NCBI GenBank assembly: GCA_019429005.1
Contig: JAHYJR010000002.1
Location: forward strand, 40,752-104,751
DNA length: 64,000 nucleotides
Reading direction: 5' to 3'
Origin: Nanobdellati archaeon
GTDB taxonomy: Archaea > EX4484-52 > GLR71
Part shown: positions 52,114-62,353 of the stretch, one piece after another
How the letters are laid out: each line of letters opens with the position of its first letter
How positions within the stretch are numbered: the stretch's first letter is position 1
Notes under the pieces: generated by a model
The model's input: only the letters and a program-made list of their open reading frames with translations
Database searches by the model: none
What the model was told of the DNA's origin: nothing
Position numbers and translations under genes: made by a program

Positions 52114-52293
52114 TTATATTACTTGAAGTGCATATTTTCCAGGTGTATCATGACCTGTTTTTTTAGCAATCTCTGAATTAACATCATATATTATAACAAC
52201 ACCTTTCCAATTCTTTGTTAAATCCTTGCTTTTACAAACGGGACATTCTGAGCCTTCAACAAGCCTTTTGCAAATTCTACATGCATTTTCCAT
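52114..52293 (-). CDS. spt4: Transcription elongation factor Spt4 (RpoE'')
   Basis: MENACRICKRLVEGSECPVCKSKDLTKNWKGVVII...SEIAKK...PGKYAL; 59 aa, missed by the ORF track; AGGTG SD. Confidence 0.95.
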   Translation of the reverse strand: MENACRICKRLVEGSECPVCKSKDLTKNWKGVVIIYDVNSEIAKKTGHDTPGKYALQVI

Positions 52294-52318
52294 AATTACA
52301 CCTTAAATATCACTTTAT

Positions 52319-52930
52319 TTATTTAACTTCCTTTTTATTCTTATTCTTATCTGTCTCTTTTATATCTTTCTTATTAGCTTCATTTATAACATTTTGTCTA
52401 TCATCTTCAAGCCATGAGATTGCACCAAGACCAGGTTGTCTCATTGTAAGATTAATTTTATTTATTTCTTTTTTATCAAGACTGACAGCTATAATCCTTG
52501 CTTTAATATTATCTCCAACTTTAAGACTCTTTTTTGATTCTCTTGATACAAGCATCTTTGATTTATCATCAAATGTAACAAAATCATTTATAACTTGAGA
52601 TACATGACAAAGACCATCAATTGGTCCAAAACGTACAAATACACCAAAACTTGTAATATCAACTACTTCACCAATTATAACTTCATGAAGTTTTGGATTA
52701 TACACCAATGCATTAAATTCAATATCATAATGAACACTTGCATCATCAATAATAATACGACCATCACCAATAGTATTTATACTAGATATAGCTAAAATAA
52801 CACCAATATCATTTATTATATTATTTTCATATTTATCTGCAAGACTCATCTTTACAGACGCATTTATATCTGTACCAAGATATTTTGGTAGTACTCTTAT
52901 AGTATCTTTAAATTCAACAAGTTCAAACAT
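52319..52930 (-). CDS. rpoE1: DNA-directed RNA polymerase subunit E' (Rpo7)
   Basis: FGVFVRFGPIDGLCHVSQ, LTMRQPGLG. Confidence 0.96.
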   Translation of the reverse strand: MFELVEFKDTIRVLPKYLGTDINASVKMSLADKYENNIINDIGVILAISSINTIGDGRIIIDDASVHYDIEFNALVYNPKLHEVIIGEVVDITSFGVFVRFGPIDGLCHVSQVINDFVTFDDKSKMLVSRESKKSLKVGDNIKARIIAVSLDKKEINKINLTMRQPGLGAISWLEDDRQNVINEANKKDIKETDKNKNKKEVK

Positions 52931-53085
52931 AATTAAAACCTTTAAACATTCTTATTTATAATTTTCTCAGTATATCCTAAAAGGAAACCATAATTCAAAA
53001 GAATTATAGAAAATAATATAATATACTTTAAGACAATAGACTTTTAAAACTTTTTATTTTATCATATTATTTCAAAATATCTTTA

Positions 53086-54057
53086 TCAATTTAAGTTTTT
53101 ATCAAGATATTCTGTAAGTGGTGGAACAACCTGTTTCTTACGTGATAACACACCTTTAAGATACATTTGATTGTTAATTAACTTTTCACCAAAAGTTTTC
53201 TCAATTAAATCGACTGAATCGGCCAAAGCAAACATAAGACACCCTTCTTTAATTATATCGGTTACCATAACAATAATACAATTAAGTTTTTTGTCATCCT
53301 TTATGAACTTCATCTTAAGAAGAATATCATTTTTACGCGTCTCTAAATCTGATGGATCAACAGTTTCAACTTGTGTTATTGCGAACCTAAAACTTTTTAC
53401 ATCATATTCCTTATAATCCGTATTAATTATCTCTAAGGTTGTCAAATTGCCCCAACAAGATTTTGCTTTAAAAGCATCTATACCAAACGATTCAATATTT
53501 TTAACACCCGCAATTTTAGCAAGTTTTTTTGCAATATCTTTATCAATATCTGTTGTTATTGGTGATTTAAATATAACAGTATCAGATAATATTGCACCAA
53601 GTAAAATACCAGCAATACCTTTTTTTAACAAAATATTTGAATCAAAATACATCTTTGCAATAATTGTAGATGTACTACCTAAAGGTTCTACATGGAATTG
53701 TATTGCTGTACCACTTGAAAAATTAACGTTATGATGATCAAGTATCTCAACAATGTTTTCAATTTCAACACCATCAACCATTTGTGCAGACTGATTATGA
53801 TCAACAAGTATAAGCTTTTTCCCTTTAGCATCTTTAAGCTGTATTGGTGCCTTTATATCAAAATAATCAAGTATAAACTGTGTCTCTAAATTAATATCAG
53901 AAGGTCTTGTTGCAACATATTTAATATTAAAATTGTTATTTAAATTTAATTTGTTTTTAAAATATGCATAAGCTATAGCTGCACAAACCGAATCAGTATC
54001 ATTATTTTTATGCCCTATAACATAGATTATATTATCATTATATACATTTTTTTCCAT
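53086..54057 (-). CDS. ppaC: Manganese-dependent inorganic pyrophosphatase (family II, DHH)
   Basis: GHKNNDTDS, LVDHN, LDHH, GSTSTI, ILSDT, SRKKQVVP. Confidence 0.94.
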   Translation of the reverse strand: MEKNVYNDNIIYVIGHKNNDTDSVCAAIAYAYFKNKLNLNNNFNIKYVATRPSDINLETQFILDYFDIKAPIQLKDAKGKKLILVDHNQSAQMVDGVEIENIVEILDHHNVNFSSGTAIQFHVEPLGSTSTIIAKMYFDSNILLKKGIAGILLGAILSDTVIFKSPITTDIDKDIAKKLAKIAGVKNIESFGIDAFKAKSCWGNLTTLEIINTDYKEYDVKSFRFAITQVETVDPSDLETRKNDILLKMKFIKDDKKLNCIIVMVTDIIKEGCLMFALADSVDLIEKTFGEKLINNQMYLKGVLSRKKQVVPPLTEYLDKNLN

Positions 54058-54107
54058 ACAACACACCATACTAAAAATAATATAATTTTAATATTTTTAA
54101 ACCTTGC

Positions 54108-54131
54108 TAATCAATAACTTAATCAATAACT
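54108..54131. repeat. 12-bp tandem duplication TAATCAATAACT x2
   Basis: Seen directly in the ppaC/aRF1 spacer. Confidence 0.8.
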
Positions 54132-54224
54132 AATAGATTATTAAAATAAAAGAATTTAAAAGAACAAAAAGCATTAACAAAATATATAATATAATACTTT
54201 GATTAACTATTTACAGGTGTTTCT

Positions 54225-55439
54225 ATTTTAAAAATAAATAAACGACAATTAAAAACAATAATAAAAGAATTGAAATCGCTACGTGGTAGACATACCGAGT
54301 TTATAACAATATCAGTCCCAGCAGGATATAATCTTAATGAAATCTCAAACCAAATACGTCAAGAAGCAGGAACAGCATCAAATATTAAATCAAAAAGCAC
54401 AAGAAAAAATGTTGAAAGTGCGTTAGCAAAAATGGACCAAGCATTAAAATCCGTAGCTTATACACCTGAAAATGGTCTTTGTATGTATTGCGGAAATATT
54501 AGTGAACAAGAAGGCGCAACAGATTTAAAATTATGGATGTTTGAACCACCAGAACCAATTAATCTTAGATTATACAGATGCGAACAAGTATTTCTCCTAG
54601 ATCATCTTTATGGACTTATAGAAGAAAAAGACGTCTATGGTCTTATGGCCATAGATAGTACTGAAGCAAGTATTGGTTTTGTTATTGGTACAGGAATACA
54701 CATATCAACACACTTAACATCTCATGTACCTGGCAAAACAGGAAAAGGTGGACAAAGTGCACAAAGATTTGAACGTGTACGTTCAGGATTATTACTAACA
54801 TTTTTAAAACAAATTGGTGAAGCAGCTACCAAAATCTTTGAAGAAAACAAATATCTAAAAGGTATCATTATAGGTGGACCTGGACCTGTTAAAGATAAAT
54901 TTGCTGCAGGTGAATTCTTATCAAATTCACTAAAACGTAAAATTCTTGGTATAAAAGACATGTCATATTCGGGAAATGAAGGTATATATGATCTTGTAAA
55001 TATTTCTGAAGATATTTTAAGAAATTCAAAAATAACTGATGAAAAAGCAATTATAATCAAATTTTTTGAACATTTAAAAAAAGATGATGGTCTTGTTGTT
55101 TACGGTTTTGTTGAAATAAAATATGCACTTGAACTTGGTGCTGTTGATAAGATTTTAATATCTGAAGATTTACCAATAAAAAATTTCTTATTAACCTGCA
55201 ATTCATGTGATTATAAAGAAGAAAAAATTACAAAAGAAACATCATTACCATCACATTGTCCTAAATGTAAAAATCAATTAAATAAAACAGAAAAAACGGA
55301 TTTTATAGAAGAACTTGAAGAAATGGCTATTTCAAAAGGTGCATCTATACTTGAAGTAACTAGTGAATCACCTGAAGGACAACAATTTTTACAACTTGGT
55401 GGTATCGGTGCATTTTTAAGATATAAAATACAAGTATAA
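54225..55439 (+). CDS. prf1: Peptide chain release factor aRF1, probable ATT start
   Basis: GRHTE, TASNIKS, YRCEQVF, GGQS, GGIGAFLRY. The N-terminal helix KRQLKTIIKEL lies upstream of TTG 54270. Confidence 0.95.
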   Translation: MLKINKRQLKTIIKELKSLRGRHTEFITISVPAGYNLNEISNQIRQEAGTASNIKSKSTRKNVESALAKMDQALKSVAYTPENGLCMYCGNISEQEGATDLKLWMFEPPEPINLRLYRCEQVFLLDHLYGLIEEKDVYGLMAIDSTEASIGFVIGTGIHISTHLTSHVPGKTGKGGQSAQRFERVRSGLLLTFLKQIGEAATKIFEENKYLKGIIIGGPGPVKDKFAAGEFLSNSLKRKILGIKDMSYSGNEGIYDLVNISEDILRNSKITDEKAIIIKFFEHLKKDDGLVVYGFVEIKYALELGAVDKILISEDLPIKNFLLTCNSCDYKEEKITKETSLPSHCPKCKNQLNKTEKTDFIEELEEMAISKGASILEVTSESPEGQQFLQLGGIGAFLRYKIQV

Positions 55440-55562
55440 AATCCTAAAAAGGAAACTTAATTTTTATTTTAAAAAACTAATTAAATAATTTTTAATTTGC
55501 TAAATAATTTAAAAATTATAAATCTAATAATTATATATACCCAATCTGTTTAATTAAATAAC

Positions 55563-56291
55563 ATGCCAAACAAAAATATAAAAATCCTAAAAGATGAAAA
55601 TGAAACACTAAAAGATATAAATAGTGAAAAACTAATCGAACAAGACTCAAAACCTTTAACTAACAAACAAAATGATGAAAACGAAAATAATAATCGTAAA
55701 GACACTTCACAAACTCAAAATAACGAAACTGAAACAAAATCAAACATAACAATTAATACACTTAATTCTAAACTCGTTGATATTGAAAATGATATCTTAA
55801 ACATCCTAAAAGAAGAAAACAATGTACCTAAACCATTACCTAAATTTGAAACACAAGAACATTTCAATGTCATATCAGCAATAGAATTTAGCATAGATAC
55901 ATCAAAAAAAATATTTAATCAATGTATAAATACAATAGATCAACTTAAAACGGATTATAAAATAACAACAAAAGATAATAAATTAATAGAAAAAACAGCA
56001 AAAAACGAATTTTCAAAAGAAGATACAGATACAATAACATCTGTTTTAATAAATAAAGACAGTTCAGATATCGAAACAAAAATCAATATAGAATTTGAAA
56101 AAATAAAAATAATAAAAAAATATATATCTGAACTAGGAAATATAGAATCTAAAATATATAATGAAAAAAATAATCAAGCAAAATTAGCACTTACAAAAGA
56201 ATTTAGTAACATCAATAATCTTTTCGCAAAAATTATGTCAATATATGGATATAATAATGATATTGTTCCCCAATTCAAAATAAAACAATAA
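55563..56291 (+). CDS. Hypothetical protein, low-complexity N-terminus
   Basis: 242-aa ORF. Confidence 0.6.
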   Translation: MPNKNIKILKDENETLKDINSEKLIEQDSKPLTNKQNDENENNNRKDTSQTQNNETETKSNITINTLNSKLVDIENDILNILKEENNVPKPLPKFETQEHFNVISAIEFSIDTSKKIFNQCINTIDQLKTDYKITTKDNKLIEKTAKNEFSKEDTDTITSVLINKDSSDIETKINIEFEKIKIIKKYISELGNIESKIYNEKNNQAKLALTKEFSNINNLFAKIMSIYGYNNDIVPQFKIKQ

Positions 56292-56317
56292 CATACCATA
56301 TTAACCATTACAAATAA

Positions 56318-56815
56318 TTAATTTTTTGATAATTTATTTTTATTTTTACCTTTATTGATTAATAAAACACAATCTGCTGAATTTTGCAATGCTTTAGAAA
56401 ATCCGGGTTCTTGTCCCATAATTATAACTTCTTTACCTTTAGCTTTAGCTAATTGTATAACTGGAAGGAAATCAGCATCTCTTGTTGCAAGAGCAATAAT
56501 ATCAAAATGTTTACTATATATAGCTTCTACAGCAGCCATAGCAACATATACATCAACATCACTTGCTATATCATTTTTCTTTTCACCAAAACCAACTATA
56601 GCTTCAAAACCTTCATTAGAAATAGCTTCAACAAGTTTTGCAGGTGCAAATTGATTCAAAAGAACTTTTGCCATCCGAACATTACCATACTCACCAAGGT
56701 CCTTCAAAATAACCCTAAGATCAATATTAAATTCCTTTCTAAGAAGATTTGGCCCATCTATAATAAGAGCAATATTTTTTCGTGTTTTAAACAGTTTTTT
56801 AAGAAATCCAAACAT
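56318..56815 (-). CDS. NYN domain protein (TIGR00288/LabA-like)
   Basis: IIDGPNLLRKEF, SDVDV, TRDADFLP; CGGTGA SD before ATG 56815. Confidence 0.92.
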   Translation of the reverse strand: MFGFLKKLFKTRKNIALIIDGPNLLRKEFNIDLRVILKDLGEYGNVRMAKVLLNQFAPAKLVEAISNEGFEAIVGFGEKKNDIASDVDVYVAMAAVEAIYSKHFDIIALATRDADFLPVIQLAKAKGKEVIIMGQEPGFSKALQNSADCVLLINKGKNKNKLSKN

Positions 56816-56933
56816 AATTATCACCGATTTATATACTAGCATTATCCTAATATATATATAATAGAGATTATAAGATTCAATGAAACTTATAGTTTTAAAT
56901 ATATGTCGAAACTAAAAATAAAAATTCAAAATG

Positions 56934-57635
56934 TTAAAAAAAACGTGAAATCTTAAGCCATTTTTGTGCTTCATTCATCTTTTCAAATAATTTTTCATCA
57001 GCTTTAAAATCCTTATGATGAACAATCTGACTTTTTCCAGTATATTTTGAATCATGTACAATATGAAGCATCTCATGATAAAGCACATAATCAAGAACAA
57101 ATTTAGGTATCTTTAATGAATCTAAAGTTTTACTTATTGAGATTAAATGTCTTGCAGGGTCATAATGTCCAAATTTACGATATGTCTTAATAGTACTCCA
57201 TGTCAATTTAGGTATTGCAAGCACACTTTCAAAATATTTATTATTTATACTTTCAAAACATTCATTAAGATTATATACAGTACCAATAGGATTTACTTTA
57301 ATATTATTTACACGATTTATACGCAGAACCATACATTTTTTTGATATATATTCCGAATTTACCCACGATTTATAAATCGTATTTGTTATTTTATTAACAG
57401 GTAATCTCTTTATCTTTGAGAAAAGTATAATCGCAAGACTCTTTATAACCTCTTTTGGTGCATCATCAAGAATATCGCTGATTCGTATAAAATATTTATT
57501 TTCTTTTTTCTTTATCGTACTTTTAATTGTAGAATACTTATAGAAACGTATAACTAATTGAATATTTTGATTATTACCAAGTTCAAAATATACATCTTCA
57601 AAGATTTTTGAAAGCTCAATAACATCCATACCCAA
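56934..57635 (-). CDS. SprT/DUF45-like zinc metallopeptidase
   Basis: INNKYF, FGHYD, YVLYHEMLH, HHKDF. Confidence 0.85.
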   Translation of the reverse strand: MGMDVIELSKIFEDVYFELGNNQNIQLVIRFYKYSTIKSTIKKKENKYFIRISDILDDAPKEVIKSLAIILFSKIKRLPVNKITNTIYKSWVNSEYISKKCMVLRINRVNNIKVNPIGTVYNLNECFESINNKYFESVLAIPKLTWSTIKTYRKFGHYDPARHLISISKTLDSLKIPKFVLDYVLYHEMLHIVHDSKYTGKSQIVHHKDFKADEKLFEKMNEAQKWLKISRFF

Positions 57636-57670
57636 TTATAATGTTATAAACTAAAAAACATTACTATCAA

Positions 57671-59575
57671 TTAAAACGTAAAAAATTGTCTAATCTCTTC
57701 AGATAAATCATTACTAATATGAAAATACATATCTTTTGGAAGTATATTCCTATATGTATCCCACAAAAACCTTGAATCCATAAATACAATAACACCATAA
57801 TCCGTTTCAGACCGAATACATCTCCCGGCTGTTTGCAACACTTTATTCATTGCAGGATATGTATATCCATAATCAAGACCTTTATTGAATTTAGTATCAA
57901 AATAATTAATAAGGCCTTTAACTTTAAGATCTGGTTTCTGAAGAGGAATACCAACTATAACCACAGCTTTCATTAAATCTCCAGGAAAATCAACACCTTC
58001 AGAAAAATTTGCACCCACAACACCAAAAAGAGCACAACCATAAGTTTCAGTCTCATGATCAAGAACCACTTTCTTATCAAAAAGAGTTTTAAAACGTTCA
58101 AAAAGTACTTCTTTTTCATGCTTATTCATACCAGGTTGCTCAAGAAGTATTTCTTTTTTAGCTGTATTCTTAAGAATTTCATATATTTGATTACGGAGAT
58201 AATAACTTGGAAAAAATACACCCACATTTCCAGGAACATTATGTATGACCTTAATTACATTTCGTGCAATTTTCATAAATTCTTGTTCAGAACGTTTTGT
58301 AAACTGTGTTGTCGTATCATCAATTATCAAATTAAGCCGATTCTCTTTAGGAAAAGGTGATTCTAAAGTTAACATTTCTGTAACACTCTTATCCAACCCT
58401 AAAATATCAACATACATCTCAACAGGCAATAATGTACCAGACATAATAATTGTTGAATGTACCTGTTCAAATATAATTTTTGCTTTTAATGATGGATCAA
58501 GACATTCAATATTATAACTAAACTCAAAATGACCAATAACATCATTTTGACATCTACCAATTCTAATATAACCATCAGATACAACAGACCAAAGTATAAG
58601 GAAATTCGCAACACTATCAAGATAAGAAATCTTCTTATTTGAACGTATCTCATCACTTGTTTCTTTTAGTTCGTTAATAAAAATATCATAATTTCCAACT
58701 TTATTCACAATGTCAATAAGAATCTCACGACGAATTATTTTTTCATCTTTGATTGGTTTTTTTAAAAGATACTTCTCTAATTCACTTTTTATAAATTTAA
58801 GATCATCTTTCAAATGATCAATTTTATATTTCGCAGCCTCTTTTATTGCACGATTCAAAATTTCTGAACTTAATTTTGATGACATAATCTCACGTATTCT
58901 AGACGGAAGATTATGCGCTTCATCAACAATTATAATTGCATCAGATAACGATTTTTCACATTTGTTAAAAAAATATCTTTGTACTGCTGGATGAAAAACA
59001 TGATAATAATCAGCAACAATAACATCTGCATTTTTTGCAAGCTGAATAAATATTTCATGAGGACATAGATTTTTACATTTTGTTTTCAGATTATCTGCAG
59101 ACATAATATCCATTTCAATCTCTGATATCAATTTTTCAGCACTTGGTGAAATTAAATCTTTCTTTTCCCATACATTCTTATAGAATTTACAAGAATCCGT
59201 TTGTTTTAGACCCTTACACATTTCATAAAATTCCGAAGAATTCGTTTGAAAAAGATCAGGATGCTTACAAAGCCATCTTTTTCCAATAATATTTACAACT
59301 TTCAACTCTTTCCCAAGTTTTTTCTGTATATCATTTAATGTATCTATAACAATCTTATGTTGTGTATGACGAGGTGTTAGAAAAAATATTGTTTTAGAGT
59401 TTTCAAGAGCATATTCAACGGCAGGTGCTAAAACAGATACAGTCTTACCAATACCGGTTGGAGCATGTACAGCTAAATTTGTTTTATTATTTAATATAAT
59501 CTGTACTGTTTCTATAAATTCATCTTGACCAATCCTAGTTTTACCATAAGGAAATAGATTACATTTAAGATTCAT
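57671..59575 (-). CDS. xpd: XPD/Rad3-family Fe-S DNA helicase
   Basis: APTGIGKT, four Fe-S cysteines, DEAHNL, SGTL, SEGVD, QTAGRCIRSETDYG. Confidence 0.93.
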   Translation of the reverse strand: MNLKCNLFPYGKTRIGQDEFIETVQIILNNKTNLAVHAPTGIGKTVSVLAPAVEYALENSKTIFFLTPRHTQHKIVIDTLNDIQKKLGKELKVVNIIGKRWLCKHPDLFQTNSSEFYEMCKGLKQTDSCKFYKNVWEKKDLISPSAEKLISEIEMDIMSADNLKTKCKNLCPHEIFIQLAKNADVIVADYYHVFHPAVQRYFFNKCEKSLSDAIIIVDEAHNLPSRIREIMSSKLSSEILNRAIKEAAKYKIDHLKDDLKFIKSELEKYLLKKPIKDEKIIRREILIDIVNKVGNYDIFINELKETSDEIRSNKKISYLDSVANFLILWSVVSDGYIRIGRCQNDVIGHFEFSYNIECLDPSLKAKIIFEQVHSTIIMSGTLLPVEMYVDILGLDKSVTEMLTLESPFPKENRLNLIIDDTTTQFTKRSEQEFMKIARNVIKVIHNVPGNVGVFFPSYYLRNQIYEILKNTAKKEILLEQPGMNKHEKEVLFERFKTLFDKKVVLDHETETYGCALFGVVGANFSEGVDFPGDLMKAVVIVGIPLQKPDLKVKGLINYFDTKFNKGLDYGYTYPAMNKVLQTAGRCIRSETDYGVIVFMDSRFLWDTYRNILPKDMYFHISNDLSEEIRQFFTF

Positions 59576-59794
59576 ACTGTTACTTTTTAACTCATGAATT
59601 TAAACGTTTGTAATATCTAAGGCCCATAACTTTTAAGAAACATATATAAAATTAAACAATAAAAGTATAATAATTACTACAGCTATATAGGTAATTAAAA
59701 AAAGCTGTTAAAATAACTTTTAAAACAACAAAAAGAGAAAACAAATATAAAGTTTTTATTACATAGTAATAATAATTAAAATTGGTGTGTTGAT

Positions 59795-60604
59795 ATGATT
59801 AGCGAAGAAACATTAGATAATCTCAAGGCAATTGGCCTTAACTTATATGAACGAAAAATTTATGCTGCACTTATCGCAAAAGGTGTAGGTTCTGCAGGTT
59901 CACTTGCTGAAATTGCTCAAGTTCCAAGATCCCGTGCATATGATGTTCTTGAAAGTCTTGCTGAAAAAGGATTTATTGTAGTTCAACACACAAAACCAAT
60001 AAAATATGTCGCTATTAAACCATCAACAGCAATGGATAACACAAAATCGATTCTTAAAAAAAACTTTACTACAAATGTTAAACGAATTGATACTTTTTCA
60101 GATAGTAAAGCATTAAATGAACTTGATCATCTTTATACTAACGGTGTTTCTTTAGTAAACCCTGCTGACTTAACAGGCACATTCAAAGGAAGTTATTCAA
60201 TTGAACTTCAACAGAATGCTATGTTCAAAAAAGCAACATCAACTATTGATATAATGACATCTGAACATGGTATTAAAAATCTTATAGAAGCACATTCAAG
60301 TATACTTCAAAAAGCAAAAAACAGAGGTATCAACATACGAATTGCAGCACCAATAACTGAAACAAATAAAAAATATACAGATATGCTTAAAGATATCGCA
60401 ACTGTAAAAGACCTTAATGATATTAAAAATAATATCCCTATAGGTAAAATGATAATTGTTGATAATAAACAAGCTATACTTGGACTTACAAATGAGAAAG
60501 ATACACATCCAACACAACAAGTATCACTATGGACTGCATCAGATCATTTTACAAGCAATTTCGCACATAATACATTCAATATAATATGGAAAAATCTAGA
60601 ATAA
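59795..60604 (+). CDS. TrmB-family transcriptional regulator
   Basis: GLNLYERKIYAAL, QVPRSRAYDVLESLAEKGF, KPIKY. Confidence 0.93.
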   Translation: MISEETLDNLKAIGLNLYERKIYAALIAKGVGSAGSLAEIAQVPRSRAYDVLESLAEKGFIVVQHTKPIKYVAIKPSTAMDNTKSILKKNFTTNVKRIDTFSDSKALNELDHLYTNGVSLVNPADLTGTFKGSYSIELQQNAMFKKATSTIDIMTSEHGIKNLIEAHSSILQKAKNRGINIRIAAPITETNKKYTDMLKDIATVKDLNDIKNNIPIGKMIIVDNKQAILGLTNEKDTHPTQQVSLWTASDHFTSNFAHNTFNIIWKNLE

Positions 60605-60743
60605 ACTTTATTCTAGTTTTCCATTACATTTTTTCTTAAATATTTTTTTTATCTAATCAAAAATAATTATTCTTTAATATTAAATATAATCTTAATATCA
60701 ACAAAAGATAGACTTTTTAAATATATTATTTACATTAGTATTT

Positions 60744-62342
60744 ATGCCATACAAGATTATATCAGAAAAAGATAAAAAAGAACTTGAAAATATGTCTAAT
60801 ACAATTATAGAATCAATCTTATCTGAAAAAACAAATACATCTAAAGACCTTAGAAAATTAAAAATTAAACTTTCAAGAGAATTTAAATATAAAGGTCTAA
60901 TAAGCAATTCTGAAATATTAAACTTTGCAAAAACAACAGATAAAGATAAATTACAATTACTTCTTAAAAAACCCGTACGAACACTCTCTGGTGTTGCTAT
61001 AGTTGCAGTAATGTGTCCACCACATAAATGTCCTGGAGACTGTATCTATTGCCCAAATGTAAATAATGCACCTCGAAGTTATACAGGACGAGAACCAGCT
61101 GCTATGAGAGCTGAAATGTTTGATTTTGATGCATATAAACAAACATCACATAGACTAAAACAACTAAAAGCTATAGGTCACAACACATCAAAAGTTGAGA
61201 TTATCATAATGGGTGGTACTTTTCCATCAATTCCTTATGAAGATCAAAAATTGTTTGTAAAAAATATATTTGATGCCTTAAACGATAAAATCTCAAAAAC
61301 GTTACAAGAAGCACAAAAATTAAATGAGACTTCAGATAATAGATGTGTAGGGCTTACAATAGAAACGAGACCAGATAATATAAATAATAAAACAATTGAT
61401 AATTTTCTTGAAATTGGTGCAACACGAATAGAATTAGGTGTCCAAACCACCGAAAATAAAGTATATATTAAAGTCAAGAGAGGTCATACTATTGATGATG
61501 TTAGGAACGCAACACAAATCTTGAAAAATGCAGGATATAAGGTCTGCTACCATTATATGCCGGGTCTATTTGTCTCAAAAAAAGAAGACATATCAAATTT
61601 TAAAAAACTTTTTGATGATGAAACATTCAGACCAGATATGTTAAAACTATATCCTGTTCTTGTAACAGAAAATACAGGTCTTTACGAACTTTGGAAAAAA
61701 GGTGAATTTGAACCATACACAAATGAAGATGCGTCCGAAGTCATCTCAAAAATGAAAACATCAGTTCCAGATTATGTACGTATAATGCGAATACAGAGAG
61801 ACATACCTGCACAAAAAATCAAAGCCGGTGTGACTGCAGGTAATCTTCGTGAACACGTAAAAAAATACCTTGAAAACAATAATGAAATGTGCCATTGCAT
61901 AAGATGCAGAGAAGCTGGTCATAAAGGAATAAATACAATAGAAACACTATATTTTAATGAAGAATCATATAATGCATCAGAAGGTAAAGAATATTTCATA
62001 TCTGCAGATTCAAAAGACATAAAAGATCACAATAATAATGATTCTATATTGTTCGGATATCTAAGATTAAGATTACCAATAACATCAACAAGAGATGAAA
62101 TCACAAAAAATACCGCAATTGTAAGAGAACTTAAAGTTGTAGGTAAAATGACCAAAATTGGAAATAAAGACAAAAATGTACAACATATGGGTATTGGCCA
62201 GAAACTTATGAAAATTGCAGAAAATATTGCAAAAAAAGGGGGGAAAAATAAAATCGTAGTTATATCCGCAGTCGGCACAAGAGAATATTATAGACATTTA
62301 GGATATAAAGATGATGGCCCTTATATGAGCAAAATACTTTAG
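60744..62342 (+). CDS. elp3: tRNA U34 carboxymethyltransferase Elp3 (radical SAM + KAT)
   Basis: RTLSGVA, CPGDCIYCP, SYTG.EPA, MGGTF, ETRPD, RIQRDIP, CIRCRE, QHMGIG. Confidence 0.96.
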   Translation: MPYKIISEKDKKELENMSNTIIESILSEKTNTSKDLRKLKIKLSREFKYKGLISNSEILNFAKTTDKDKLQLLLKKPVRTLSGVAIVAVMCPPHKCPGDCIYCPNVNNAPRSYTGREPAAMRAEMFDFDAYKQTSHRLKQLKAIGHNTSKVEIIIMGGTFPSIPYEDQKLFVKNIFDALNDKISKTLQEAQKLNETSDNRCVGLTIETRPDNINNKTIDNFLEIGATRIELGVQTTENKVYIKVKRGHTIDDVRNATQILKNAGYKVCYHYMPGLFVSKKEDISNFKKLFDDETFRPDMLKLYPVLVTENTGLYELWKKGEFEPYTNEDASEVISKMKTSVPDYVRIMRIQRDIPAQKIKAGVTAGNLREHVKKYLENNNEMCHCIRCREAGHKGINTIETLYFNEESYNASEGKEYFISADSKDIKDHNNNDSILFGYLRLRLPITSTRDEITKNTAIVRELKVVGKMTKIGNKDKNVQHMGIGQKLMKIAENIAKKGGKNKIVVISAVGTREYYRHLGYKDDGPYMSKIL

Positions 62343-62353
62343 AGTGTTTAATA

